Source of the DNA: Parasitella parasitica NRRL 2501
Lineage: Eukaryota > Fungi > Mucoromycota
DNA length: 64,000 nucleotides
Direction of reading: 5' to 3'
Assembly (NCBI GenBank): GCA_025201805.1
Contig: MU619260.1
Location: forward strand, 119,569-183,568
Shown here: piece after piece, positions 36,426 to 50,833 of the stretch
How the letters are laid out: each line of letters opens with the position of its first letter
Position numbering within the stretch: the stretch's first letter is position 1
Translations under genes and position numbers: made by a program
The notes under the pieces: model-generated
Told to the model about the DNA's origin: nothing
What the model saw: the letters and a program-made list of their open reading frames with translations, nothing else
Database searches by the model: none

Positions 36426-36633
36426 TTTTTATTTGTATGCAGAAAAAATCTTCTCCATCTTGCTCAGTGACATTGAATTTTGGACAGAAGTGGCAGTAGG
36501 GTACGACAGGTTGCATGTGATGTCATTCATTGTGAAAGCTGCAAAGGACGCGCAATACATGCACCTTTAAAAAAGAGATTGCGTGCTTTATATTTTCCAA
36601 ATACAACTTCTTTTTTGAAAAAATACAAAGGAA

Positions 36634-38429
36634 ATGGCTAATAATAGTAAAGACCAAAAGCAACCAGAAAAAGTTGAACAAGGCGAGGCTATGGAAATTG
36701 TTGAAGATGACGAAGTCAAGCAGCAGCGTCTTGCCAAAGAGACAATCTCAGGTACGTAATCAACGGCCATGTGTAAAAGGGCTTACGTGTTTAGCTAACC
36801 TTTGTTCTTTCTGTAGAAATCAAGCGTAATTTCATCTTGTTGGAACGTGCTGTTGACACAATTGAATCCAGATTTACTACCCGTGTGTTGAGGACTTTAC
36901 CTTCCATCAGACGTCGGTTGACTTCAGACATCCTCGCTCAAGTCATTTCAGATTATTACGGCGCTAGTAAGTAGCTGACATCCAGAAACCATAAACACTA
37001 ACACTTTTAAATAGACGATGCCCAAAAGTCAGAGCTATTGTCATATTTGGGAGAGGTAAATAGCGGATCATCAGATCAGAAGCTAGCCATAGCTTACTTA
37101 TGTTTTTTGCTAGAGCGAAAAGTCGTCATCGACAGAAGAGGATGCAGAGAAAAAGAACTCGGTTTTGCCTGAAGTCGATATTTATCTTTATCTGAATGTT
37201 TTGATTTATCTTTTGGACAAGAACGAGGTTGAAAAGGTAGGTGTAGGAGAGGTGCTGTGATGGTTGTGCAATTACCATTGACACGTTTAATGCAGGGTCT
37301 CCAATTATCCAATAAGACTGTAGAAAAGATGAGAATCATGAATCGTAGAACGTTGGATCAAATCGCTGCTCGCGTATACTTTTATCATGGCCGTTTCTAT
37401 GAGTTGGCAAATAGGCTTGCTGAAATTAGACCGTAAGCTGCAAGCCATCGTCTAGCATCAGCACAGACGTCTAACTTTTTTCTTTTTAAAACAAATAATA
37501 GTGTCCAATTGGCAGCACATAGAACAGCTACTTTAAGACACGATGATGAATCTCAAGCAACGTTATTGAATTTGTTGCTGCGCAATTACTTTTTCCACAA
37601 CCTATACGACCAAGCCGACAAACTTGTATCTAAGAGTACGTTCCCCGAGAAGGCAGGTAACAACCAAGCTGCTCGCTATGCCTACTACCTTGGACGCATC
37701 AAGGCGCTTCAGCTCGACTACACTGCTGCTCACACTTATTTGACGCAAGCTATCCGTAAAGCACCTCAAAACAATGTCACTGCTGGTTTCCAGCAAACAG
37801 CCTACAAATTCTTTATCGTAGTCCAACTGTTGATGGGCGAGATACCGGAAAGATCGCTTTTTAGACAGCCCATTTTGAAAAGAGCCCTTGCACCCTATCT
37901 CGTCATTACTCAAGCAGTTCGCGTGGGTGATCTCAACAAGTTCCAAGAGGGGTTGGGCCAATTTGATGCAGTGTTCAAAAAAGACAAAACCTACACTTTG
38001 ATTCTTCGTCTGCGTCACAATGTTATCAAGACAGGCATCCGCATGATCAGTTTGTCTTACTCCAAGATTTCTTTGAGAGACATCTGTATCAAACTTCATT
38101 TGGACAGTGAGGAAGATGCAGAGTTTATTGTTGCAAAGGCTATTCGCGACGGCGTTATCGATGCCACTCTGGATCACTCACAAGGATTCATGAAGAGCAA
38201 AGAGATTGCTGACATTTACAGCACCAACGAACCTCAAAATGCCTACCACCAGCGCATCAACTTTTGTCTAAATCTTCATAACGAAGCCATCAAGGCAATG
38301 CGCTTCCCAATGGATGCTCACAGAAAGGAATTGGCAAGCGCCGAGGAAGCAAGGGAAAGAGAAAGAGAACTTGCTCAAGAAATTGCAGAGGGTGATTTGG
38401 ATGACGACGATGAAATGGGAGACTTTTAA
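36634..38429 (+). CDS. RPN3: 26S proteasome regulatory subunit Rpn3
   Basis: [47 protein letters not shown] and acidic tail. Confidence 0.96.
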
Positions 38430-38467
38430 ACGCGATCCTTGATATAATATGAATAAAATAGTTTATT

Positions 38468-39847
38468 TTACAATGTCTTTTCAACTGGCTTCTTTTTAAT
38501 ATACAAGCATCCAATGTCAAGATATGTACAGATTTGTTGGATGACATTGCCGGCTAAATCATAGTACTGGTATGCAGCAATTATCAAGTAGATCTTGAGA
38601 ACGAGCCTCTGATTGATGGGGATAAACTCTTGGATGAATGACTGGAAATAAGCGATAAACACACCAGACAACAGAATAGCGTTGACAGGCACATTTACGT
38701 AAGGGAAGCTCAACTTTGCCACGTGGGCCGTAATCATAAGCCCAACCTGATGACCGAACAGGAAACCAAAGAAGACGATAAAGATGGCAAGATGTTCGGA
38801 GACAATGTCAGGCCAGAGGCGCATCCATTTGTAGGCCCAGAAACACATGCTGATATAAGGGAAAAGGCCCATTGTAGCCTTCAAGATGGAGCTATCCTTT
38901 TTCGAGTTTTCGGTGGGTGTGATCTTTACTTTGATGACATTGTATAGTCTGTATGTTTTTGTTACTATTACTACTTGGATGAGGTGCGTGGATGTGCAAA
39001 TCAACTTACCCGACAATAATATTCAAAAAGGTAACAATGCCACCAATAACGATAAGCACATGATTCAGCTGAAGCGCTCCCAAAAGCTTGGTGTTGGCAT
39101 TGAGCGAGAAATCGACAAATGGAAGAACTTCTTCAACACGAAGCATCCAAATAGCAGGACCGAAATAGCCAGAGAGCAGATGCACACCGACCAGCATCAA
39201 CACGCCCTCGACGGGCCCGCTAAAGTAGCCCAAGAACAGGATACCGGTGTGGTACTCTTCCCAAGTAGACAGATAAAAGTTTCCTAGACTGGCGCATAAT
39301 GAAGCAACGGTCCACCAACTTTGGCCAAGATAAGTTGAAGAAGCCCAGGTCAAGACACCCAACGTCGTGTTCAAAGCATCGCATCCTTACCACACAATTT
39401 AGTCACTGCTGTTCGCTGCAGCTTGACGTAAGACTTACCATGATCAAATAATTCGCCCAGGGGGCCAGATGTCTGCGTGCGTCTGGCTTGTTTGCCATCG
39501 ATAGCGTCTAACGATTGATACATGAATAAGCCAATGCCAAAAGTTGTATAGACCCAGTTTGGACATTCGCCCAGTTCTGAGGAATAGTAGAACAAGGTGA
39601 TCACATTTGCCACCACAATCAGTAGTCCCAGTAATGTAATTGCGTTGGGTCTGCTCGCAAACAATGTATCAGCCATCATTTAAAGGAAAATCTATTTCAG
39701 CACTTACGCTACCCACAGTGGGAAGATCTTTACTAGATTATTCCAATAAGGGCCCAGCACATACTTGGATACTAGCGATTTATCCACTCCACCGTACTTG
39801 TATAAGTGCAGCCCTTTAAGACTTTGCTCTGGGATGTATTTTGTCAT
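38468..39847 (-). CDS. EPT1: Choline/ethanolamine phosphotransferase (CDP-alcohol phosphotransferase)
   Basis: [28 protein letters not shown]...[10 protein letters not shown] and WEEYHTG. EPT1 versus CPT1 cannot be resolved. Confidence 0.9.
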
Positions 39848-42000
39848 TTTTTACTTTCGAGACTAAATTGAAAAAAAGAAGAAAGAAAAAGAAAAGATCA
39901 ATCTTTCGGTTACGCGTGCTGGGCTTTTTTTTTTTTTTTTTTTGGGGGGGGGGTGGGGTTGGGTGGTGGATCGCCCTTTTTTTAACATATGCTAGTAGCT
40001 GCCTCAATGTTATGGGGTCATGGTCTTGTATAAAATATATCAGCTACTATATACGTTCTTTTTAGGCGAAGCCTGATGAGAACACAACGCTTCTTACTTT
40101 TTTTTTAGACAAATCAAAAATTAACTTCTAGACACTCTGCTTGCAAAAGGTTAGAAATTGAGATTTACCGCAAGAGCCCATGACACTCGATTGTAGGATT
40201 TTTTAGCTCGTCTAAATGGTCGTGGATTTGGAATCTTTACAAACTTCTCCAGATTACCATCTTCGCATTTGGGACATAATGTTGATGTTTAGTAGTGGAC
40301 ACAAAAACCTTGCTTTGTTGGCATTGGTTCGTGGAACTTGATATTGCTGGCAGCCCAATCTCCCCCCCCCCCGCCAAAAAATAAGAATACCGCGAAGAAA
40401 TGATCATAAAATCATTTCTAAGCAAAGCTAGAGTCTTGTAACAAATAAGAGACGTTTTCTCATTATTCTTTATTATAAACTATACATGATAAATGTGTCA
40501 AAAATTTACTCGAAATTGCACAAGTAACAGTGCATTGTAATTGTATCATCGCAATTCGCACATATCACCCGCCATTTTCGAAGAGATACTACAACAAAAA
40601 GGCTGCTATAATGTATTTAAAGTGGTTTGGGCATGGAAGAGTATGCACAAAAGTGCCCATCCATTCTTCTATCAAGTGTTTGAAGAGCACATTCAAAATT
40701 GACAGTAGATCTTTAATTTGTATTATACATAGAATGATTATGTTCGAGAAAATTGTCTCGTTTCAGAGTAAAAGACTGCATTAGGTATCTATATGGCCCC
40801 GTTAAGAGGATTCAGCAGAATAACAGACCAAAATAAAAAAAAAGGTATAATAAACCCAAGTTGGTAACGTTTCTTTTAGTACTTTAAAGTAGCTCCATAA
40901 TTGAGTATAGCCGAATTAAGGCTTCAATGTTTGCTCAATCTAGTCCTGAAGATTAAAGCTTGCAAAGAAATTATTTGTCATTAAAAAGTATGCTAATTGA
41001 AACAAGTTGACAATACCTGACTCGTCCACTTTCCGTAACACTAACATGAGGTCTCGTTCCTTTGCTTGCTCACTCCAGTTTTTCATTCAGTTCCTTGACT
41101 TATCACAAGTTTAAGATACTTTCTTCGACAAACATATCATGCCCAGATGTGCTAATGACTATCATATCCTATGAATATTCCACTATTGAAAATTGACTTT
41201 ACCATAAATTATCTATTATTTTTTGTCGCATTAACGCCATCCTCAGTTGTAGAATCCTCAATAATAGAAGCAACAACAGATTGTGATGAGCACAATTTGT
41301 TACAAGGTTGATAACTTGACCTTCAGCTGCATACTCAAGTCTTACATGCTGTGGTCGCTTGATTTGAAGTCATTTTTGCTGCTGCTGCTTAAAACAATAG
41401 ACATGGCATGCATTGCGATCAATAACGCAGAGTAAATTAATGCATAGTTATCTTGAAAGACTATGCAGATAACGACATCCTTGATTTTTTGGCCAACTTG
41501 ATAACTTCAGCAATAGACAAAAAAAAAAAAAAAAAAAACTTGCCATTAGCATCACTCGAGAAGCAGGAACTGGCATCAGTTTTTGAAAATGCAAAACAAT
41601 GTACTCTGTCTTTTCTAAAGACTGAATTGACGTTACATGACATACATACGGCCATTGATTAGTATTGATTAATCGACCATCATTGTAAGCGCACCTTGAT
41701 TTTGTATGAATGTGCCTAACTAAAGCTTCAGGCCCTTTAGGGTATAGCTTTGCAGGCCTTAATCGTTCGTCCTGCATGGGAGTCTTAAGCCTCACGGTGC
41801 CCAGCTTCTGTTAGTCCCAAGATCAGTAGAAAAAACAGATTTCGTCCTGCCTTTTTCACGTGTTGGTGTTACCATGGGCCTTTTTACATTTTAGACAGCC
41901 CCAAACATTTTCTGGAAAAATAAAGGTTTTTAATCATTCACAGGTGTGTAAGTAATTACGCCTGTTTTTCTTTCCTCAATACAACTTTTTTACTCACAAA

Positions 42001-43701
42001 ATGGGAGGAAAAAAACGATCTCCCAAGCAAATTCCTACTGCAGTGCCAGAGGAGAAGGTGACGCTTCTAGCTGATGAATCAAGCCAAAAGAAATGGAAGA
42101 ATTGGTGGGTCAGAACAATTACTACTTTTATGATGATTGGCACCTTCTTCCTTATCCTCGCTTCGGGTCATATTTGGGTCATCATGATGGTCATTGCTAT
42201 CTCTACAGTCGTATATAACGAGGTTCTGCAAATAGCCCAAGCCCCAGCAAAAGACAGTAACTTTAAATGGTTCAAAACTATGAGCTGGTAGTGTATATTC
42301 GACCAATGCCAAGTGTAAAGCCATGCTAACCGATTTCCCGAGAATTTAGGTACTTTCTAGTCACTACAACCTATTTCCTTTACGGCGAATCTATCATCTA
42401 CTACTTTCAGCAAATTGTCTTGGTCGATAGAGTCCTGCTACCATTTGCTACCCACCATCGATTCATCAGCTTTGTCCTCTACGTCATTGGATTTGTATTC
42501 TTTGTTGGCAATCTGAAGAAGGGTCAGTATAAGCAACAAATCCGTCAGTTTGGCTGGATGCACATGGCTTTGCTACTTGTGGTTTTCCAAAGCCATTTTA
42601 TCGTCAACAACATCCTAGAGGGGTTGATCTGGTTCTTTATCCCAACCTCGTTAGTCATTTGCAACGACATATTTGCCTACATTTGCGGCTTCTTTTGGGG
42701 AAAGACTCCTCTAATTTCAGTATCGCCAAAGAAAACGGTAGAAGGTTTTGTTGGCGGCTGGATCTGCACAATGATTTTCGGGTTGTTGGTAAGATTGCGC
42801 AATGCAGCAAATTAAGGAATCAGCTTGTGATGTGCTAATGACTAAATTAGTGGTCCACTCTGCTGATGAGATTTGATTACATGATATGCCCTGTAAAGGT
42901 AACTGAAAACCAGTAGGAGAGCTAAAATAGAAGTGCATTTACTGATGTGATTTATAGGATTTATCCATGTCTGCTTGGTCTCAAGTTGATTGCAGTCCAG
43001 TGAATCCTGTATTTACTTCAGTCCCTTGGGATCTACCTGACATGTGGGTTGCGCTTTTCAAGACTTTGGTAGGCATTTCATTGAAACATTACACGCAGCA
43101 CTTCCTAAACCATTTTACTACCAATTAGACGCACAAGGAAGTGACCAAGGTCTGGATCGCACCGATTCAACTTCACTCGCTTGTCATGGCATGTTTCGCC
43201 TCATTGATTGCACCTTTTGGCGGTTTCTTTGCTAGTGGTGTTAAGCGTGCTTTTAATGTAAAGGACTTTGGAAATAGTATCCCTGGCCACGGTGGGGCAA
43301 CAGACAGAATGTACAGTGGATATTGAACTAGAGATGACATTCAACAACACACTAACATAATTGCTGTAGGGATTGTCAATTCCTGATGGGCTTCTTTGCT
43401 TCAATTTACTATCAAAGCTTTATCAAGGTAAGATATTTGTAGGCGTAAATCAACGTGTAAACAGAAACACTCAATGCAAATGAAATCCTAGACGTATAAC
43501 TTGAACGTTGGAACTATCCTCGCCTCTATTATTAGCAACTTGTCATTATCGGATCAGCTGGAACTATTGGAGCGTATATTAACATATTTCGTAAACCAAG
43601 GCATCCTTGATCCTACTGTTTTACAAAAATGTGGTGCCAGCGCATTGACTGAAAGTGCACATCAAATCTTGGAGAGCAGCATTAGCAGCTCTTCGTTGTA
43701 A
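42001..43701 (+). CDS. CDS1: Phosphatidate cytidylyltransferase, multi-exon
   Basis: [52 protein letters not shown]. Confidence 0.95.
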
Positions 43702-44498
43702 CCTTATTATGTTGTCAAACTTTTTCTTATTATTAATTAGCTTTTTCCTTATAGTACCTTTAGTATATAATCTTTTTTTTTTTTCTAATATCATCATTTA
43801 CCTTTTCTCGCTTGCTATGATTCATTGTAGTTCTAGATCGATGGCATCTGCCAGCAGCGAACGTTACTAGCCATATTATGTCTCTATGCGTTATTGTAAT
43901 GTTTGTACAAAATGTACAAAATAAAATAGTCTTTGACAAATGAAACTGAGTAACCCTTAGTCATTTAACGCCATGTATGCAGCCACAACCCATGTTGCTT
44001 CAAATCCAATGTTGCAAAACACTATATGTAATACAACAGCTAGTCAGACTTCACAAATTGTGTTTTCTATCCCTTTTGCATTTACCTATTTTCATGGCAG
44101 AAATGTAGTAGATAGCAACTACAAACTCTGAGACAGCATTCGATGCAATTCCAAACACCTGAAATAAAATCAATCTCTGGAACTTCAAGCTTTTTTTTTT
44201 TCTAGACTTTATCAATGTAACTCTTCTTTCATTGTCCAAACACAACTCTAAATTAATTTTTCATCTGTAAATATTACATTCCATCACGTAAAACAGGATC
44301 ATCAATCTGTTCCTGTGTAAAATTCAGTCAGCAGAAATCCAGTATCACATCTAGCTTGATACATGTACAAATGCCATATCAGTTCTAAGGTGAAATCATA
44401 AGCAAATTCATTGCTCTATTTTATATATTAATTTTTTTTTTAGTTGTCTTTTTGTGTATTCAATGGATCGTATATAAATATTTGTGGTTTGTTTTAAA

Positions 44499-46221
44499 TT
44501 ACAAAGAGACAGAGTCAGCGTAAGGCAAAGCGGTAAGATCACCGAGAGCAACAGAAGTGGGCTTGCTCTTGAATAACTTTTCAATCACCTAATGTATACA
44601 TGTGAGCTATATGTCTGCATTGCAAAATATTGTACTTACTTGGGCAACATCAGAGGTGGTAACCTTTTCAATAGTTGTAACAGCATCAGCAGCGGAGATG
44701 TGCTTTCCAAAGTTGAGAGCCTGCAAAAAGTTAATGTACAATACACCTTAGTCTCAATATAATCAATCTTACTTGAGCACCGAGAGTTTCAAGAGTGTCA
44801 AGGCGAGTCTCGAAACTGGCAGTGGCAGCATACTTGGCTTGGGCAACAGCTCTGCTAAAGTCATCACCAGAAAGGCCCTTGGCAACAGCCTTTAATTGTT
44901 CTACAGCGGCGGCAATGGCAGAACCTGTTTCAGCAGTAGAAGCAGAAACCTGAACACCAAAGAGACCAGCATCAGAGTAACCCAAGTTGAAAGCCTTAAT
45001 CTCAGTACCTTCAGCAAACTTGGCAGCAGTTTGAGCAAAAATGCCAGAACCAGCAGTGTGTTTGATGTTGATCTCGCCGCCCAGAGCTTGACGAAGAACT
45101 TGAAGAGCGGCGTATTCTGAAGAGTTGGCAGCAGCACCTTCGAAAGCAAGAACGTAGTTACCCTTGTTGGAGACAGACTCCATACGAGTTTCACCACCAA
45201 AGTATTTAGTTGCTTCTAATGAGAGCTTACCGGAAGGAAGATTCAAATAGGTTTCGGCCAAGTTTTGGAGGATTTCGTGATCAACACCGGTACCAACAAG
45301 AGCGACGTTACCAGAAGTGAAGGTACTTTGGGCAAAAGACTTGACAGCGGCATTGTTGATGCGAGCAGTGCGCTTGGCAAAGATGGAATTACCAAGACCA
45401 GTACGGAAAGCAACGTGGTGAGCGGCTTCAATGGCAGAGATCTCAGCATTGCTGAGAGCATTGATCGATTCAGCAGCAGTTTGGTGTGCAACATCAACGA
45501 ATTCGTGTTCCTGGAACTTTTGCTTGGTAACGACATCACTCAAAATTTCAGCGAATAATTCACTATTAATAACAGGTTAGTGAGCTGTCAATTATAATCC
45601 GCCACCCATCCAACTGAAATGTACGATATCAAGTTATATGCAATCTTGGTTCTCAATGAAAAACTGAGCCCCTCCCAATCAATACAGCCGTCAACTTACA
45701 CATCATCTTTCAAAAGTTCAGCGGAAAAGACAAGAGATTCGTGAGAGAGGTTGGAAGACAGGACACCCCCAGCAATCTCAGCTTCACGAGCGATACGGAA
45801 AGCCGTGCGATCAGTGTTGTTCTACACAAAAGTAATGTATTTAGTAAGCTATTCAACTCTATGTAGTTCTGATTGTTGCAAACTGCCATCTACATCAGCT
45901 TCTCTTTTTCCTCTCTTTCTCACTATGAAGTCTATGCATTTGCAGCAATCGCGCGATACAAAAAAAAAAAAAAAAAAATAGGGTATAGCATACCTTGAAA
46001 CCATAGTTCTTCAAAAAGTGAGCAACACCGGCGTTACTGCCAGATTCAGCTCTGGAGCCACCATTGATAACAACAGCCAAAGAGGCAGTTTGACCGGGTT
46101 CTTGGGTGGAAGCTACCTTGACGCCGTTAGAAGCTGTGGTGATTTGGCTAGCGGTAGCAGCAGTAGCGTAGGTTGCCTTGGAGACAGTGCTGATAATGGC
46201 TTTACGAGAGGTGGCCAACAT
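44499..46221 (-). CDS. QCR2: Cytochrome bc1 core protein 2 (M16 family), mitochondrial
   Basis: Mitochondrial presequence, GVAHFLKNYGFK (no HxxEH), YSDAGLFG and terminal GDLTALPYAD. Confidence 0.92.
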
Positions 46222-46847
46222 GATATTAATTCAATAAGTAATAAGGAAGAAGGGAAGAGTGGGGTGTAAGACTATGAAGTTGCGGGGAAGAAAAAAAATA
46301 ATAAATTGTTAAAACTAGGGCTTATATTGCAGATTTTGTAGGGCTCTCTCAGGTTTGAATGATCTTCTTTTTATGTACCATTTTAGCACGTCATCAACCC
46401 AATGTTGTAAGGTCGATTTGTCTGGTTTGATTAAAACTCCATACAAAGTGTGCTACAGAATATCATTGGCACCTGAAATACCACTGTGCGTGGTTTTGTT
46501 CGGTTGGATTCAACTTTTGACATGTATAAAGTAAGATATTCTTGTCAACTTGACCACCTTCGTGTTGTGTCGAAACAAGCAAGTTTTTCAAATCTTCTCG
46601 ATATCCAAATGCTTAATCATTACAAATTCTGGCACATTGGAGGAGTATCAATCAATGCTCAAGCTCTGCGTTCAATCCTTCGATATCCGGCAATACTTGA
46701 ATGAAATTTTCAGCAGAATCCCTGCATGTTGGGCAGATTCTCAAGACCAAATTTATAAACTCGATTTGGTCCTAGCATTAATACTCTGTCATTTCCAAAA
46801 GGCAAATATCGGTTTGCATGATTATATTTTTTTTAATTTCAAAGTGG

Positions 46848-48428
46848 CTACTGGCATTTAGTTTCAATAATAGAAGAGCCAACTTCTTCGTATTCCTTTT
46901 TAGAAATCCATAGTTGATTAAATGTGCCCAATGATGCCAAGATGGAGCCGCCTAACCAGCTGCTACTCTTACGTTCGATTTGGCTTCCAAAGGCATGGAC
47001 CTTGACCTTACTCTGTGTATAAAATCATCAGCATTCTCCCCAACTGATATAGTAATCAACAGCCACTTACTCCTGGTACCATCATGGGTAATTCATTGCT
47101 TAATCTCTCTGTAAACCCAGGAAAAAGTGTGTTTCCACCTGTAACAATGACATTGTTGAACAGTAAAGGACGTAGATCGATATCGCACGCATTGATACTA
47201 TTGAAAACAAGCTTTGATACGCCTACGGTGTGTTGTAGTTGGCTTCTGGTGAGACCAGATGAAGAAATAGGCTGCGATTCTTTTCCAGGCTCGAGAGGTG
47301 GCTAAAAAATATAATTAAATGTTTATCTTGACTGGTACTTGCTTCAAATTGCATCTTACCAAACGTATATAACGAGGATTAAACATAATTTCAGGGACTC
47401 TATAACGTTCAGCACCAAATGAATTGTTGTAGCCATCAGGAAATTCAAACGGCTTTTGAGGTCGCTGGTTCATCATGTTTTCATCGTATGGAATTTCTGA
47501 TACTTGAGATACTGACTCTTTGTATTCATGAATAATTCTCTAGACAGTATAAATCCCAAATTTAGTATATAATTGTTTCCATTGATACGCTCTTTATACC
47601 GAAATCTGATAGTCATCGAAACTTTCTGTTGTATCTGGTCGTTTGCGTAGTTGAAGTTGAGGTGGCTGACCAGCAGAAACTGGCTTTTTACTAGCAATCT
47701 TGTAGAGAGGTGTCACATCCAAATGTAGCCCATTTTTGATATAATCTCTAATTTGTTGACTCAAGATGTTTCCACCAATTGATTGATGAAGCACTCCCTT
47801 CTTGAGTACATAGCCATCATATACTGGGACAGCGCTAGTTGTACTTCCTCCAGAATCTAAAACTAAGCCCGTAGCTCTACCTACTGAAAAACTATATAAT
47901 AAATGTTAATACCTATACCATTCCAAATCGAAACCCCACATTACGCTGTCATCACTGCATCTTTGGCTACATAAAAAGCAGGCGCATCAAACTTTTCAAA
48001 TGCCAACTCCATCATCTTTTCACGATTTTCGAGTGTATTCCATGCTGGCTCTGTACATAATAAAGGATGTTCTGAGGAATTGACATGAAGCATGTCATTG
48101 TAAGCTGCTTGCCAAAGATGTTCAACTGCGTCCCAATCTTTAACAAGACCATCTTGCATGGGATTTTTGATTTCCATGTTGGGTCTCCATGTATTTAGTT
48201 TACTATCTCCAGTGTAATAGTGGCTTTCTTTATCGATACCATAAGAAGTTGGAAAAATAGATTTAGGCACATCCTCGCCTGCAAACCCAACACGTGTGGA
48301 CGTGGAGCCCATATCAAACACAAGCGCGTTTACTTCATCTACAAAACAGCGAATTGTTCAATCCAATAGGTATAAAAGTAGACGAGAAAAGGAATCTGCT
48401 TAAATTTACCACCGCCATAAGTAACCAT
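46848..48428 (-). CDS. ARP4: Actin-related protein 4 (NuA4/SWR1/INO80)
   Basis: [35 protein letters not shown] and [15 protein letters not shown]. Confidence 0.93.
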
Positions 48429-50833
48429 GTCTAAAGTTTGCAATCGATGAATTATGTAAAGAGGAAAAGAGAATGGAAATGTGGTGTGTTTGTTCTGCTT
48501 GAAGCAGTCTCGAAAACGCCACTATTTCGACTATGGATGATCAAGGTGTTTGCAATGTGCCTCAACCTGCATATTTCGAAAATCGTAACAATGCTTCGAC
48601 ATTTTGATTCACTTCACTTATACATTTTTATTGATTAAAATTAAGGCCCTCGATTGCCCTATTTTCATAAATAATTATTACGCCCATAATAGCCTCCTCT
48701 AAGCTTTGCGCCCACAGGGGATCCTTGAATCTTCTGCCTGCAATTCAGCTGTAGCCTTTCATCTTTTGCATAACAATGCTGCTGTATCAATTCAAAATCT
48801 CTGTCTGAAAGAGGTACTGAAAGCAAGAGAAGTCAAACAACAGTTCAAGACAGCCTTCCACGAGCATCATTAAACAATGCCTCTTTACTGTAGAACTATA
48901 ACAAGTTTGCAAGATTCCAAATAGAATTGAAATAGTGCTAGAATTAAGGTGTAAATAAACCAAAAACATTGTCGAATTCCATTACGCAATAGATTGATAT
49001 TAGGAAAGTAAGTTGAAAATATAAAAGAAAGGCAATCGTTGAAATATCCAGTCAAAGTTCACTCAGATACCGTATTGGAGTCAATCTTTTTCCAATTAAA
49101 ATTTGTACTCACACTATTAAGAGCGTCAAATGTCTAGAAATATATGGCCATGTTTGTAAATTTTATTAATACCTAAACCTTGTTAAAGCTGTTGTGCCAG
49201 GTCTTGAAATTGAGCACAGCAGGTGATTGTATATGATATAAAAAAAATATAAAGACTTAATTTACCAGATACAAAAATATTGATTTATTGATTGACAAGA
49301 AGCTATCTATAAAATACAATCAGGTCATGTTTGACATTAATTGTCAAACAAGATTATAACACAGTAGTAGTCAGAGCAAGACCTATTTTTATTTTTAATC
49401 AGCTAATCGTTATTAATGTGAATCATTCATCGATAAGTTGAGCTTCGAAATTCAGAATAATTAGAACACAAATAGATAGTTTCTTATACAAGACATTCTA
49501 TTAGATACTTCTATTTACTACATAAAATAATCGATGCCATTTAACCTTGGATCCGATCATGAACAGTTGCCATGACAACTGAGTTGGAATAGTGGTACCC
49601 ACAGTACTCTATGGATACAACACTGGAATGATCATCGCTACCTGAGCATAACTTGTTTTCCACTGGGCAATGTCTCTATCAAAAGTTTTTCGGTTTTCTG
49701 TGTCAGAGTTTGAAATAAATCACGTGTTTTTGTTTTTCCTGTTAGTAGTATTATTGAAACTGAAAGTATCATGAGTTATTTAAGAGTGTTGATCATGATC
49801 GAACGTTTAACGAGATTCAATTGAATACAAAAGCATCTGAGGAGTAAATGGTTGTACTAGTAAATACTTATGTTTCAGCATGGGTTGTGGAATCGATATA
49901 GGATGTTATAAAGACTCTGTTCTATCAATAACATGGCAAGTTCTCACATCAGGTTCTCGAATCAGTTCCAGGGTCTTACGGTAATTCCAGCAGACATTAT
50001 GAGCAAATATCTGATATATTTTATGATAAATGTTGAAAAAAAAAAACTGTTTTGCAGATACTTTTTAATAGAAAATGTTATGTCAAAAGTTTGATAATCT
50101 GCAAAAGAATTTCTCTTTTATTCGTAATACATTTCTCGATATAGTATATACACATTTATTACATTAACGTTTTACTGTATAACTGCATAATGTAAATCAT
50201 GAACTAGCCATGATTTAGTGTAGAACCGACGTCTAACTTGGAATACTTAGCGTTAACCTAGCGCTATCTGGCAACAACATTCGCATTTATGCTTTTATTG
50301 ATGCCTATAAAGATTTCAGCTGATAATACAAACTTTCATAACAAAATTGAATATTACAAAAACAACCATGAAGATTGTTGTATTGTTTATTTAGCACTAC
50401 ACATAGGGCTGACGATACGGATATTTAGAAGCATATTCTTCTATCGCAATCTGACTATGATAGGTGTAATATAACAGCCCTCTCCTTGAGTCCTCCTCAG
50501 TCCAATAGAAATCATGATATCAAAGCACTAATATTTCAAACATACAAATGCCTATTTGTAAATTTTGAAAAAGCAAATTCTGTAAAGTGCTTTATATAAA
50601 CCTTTCAATATTCAAGAGGAGCAGCAGCACCGCTTTAGCGAGGGTAAATTTACCGTAGTGAAGCAAAGGTCAATAATTTAGCCAAACGTGGCGGTGTAGT
50701 TCAGCCCGTTATTAGTGAGGTTTGTTAATTTGTTGTTTTAGTGTAATCACTTTTAATGGTTTACTAATATTACATTATAGCATATTTCAACATTTGAATG
50801 TGAATAAATGATTATTAAATTCTGTTACCGTAG

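Noticed and set aside
40900-41830. Possible gene remnant and short GC-richer hairpins (ncRNA?) upstream of CDS1
   Set aside because: No recognisable motifs; 6-bp stems are expected by chance.
50690-50730. tRNA-like start ggcggtgtagttcag
   Set aside because: No GTTCRA T-loop or matching 3' stem.
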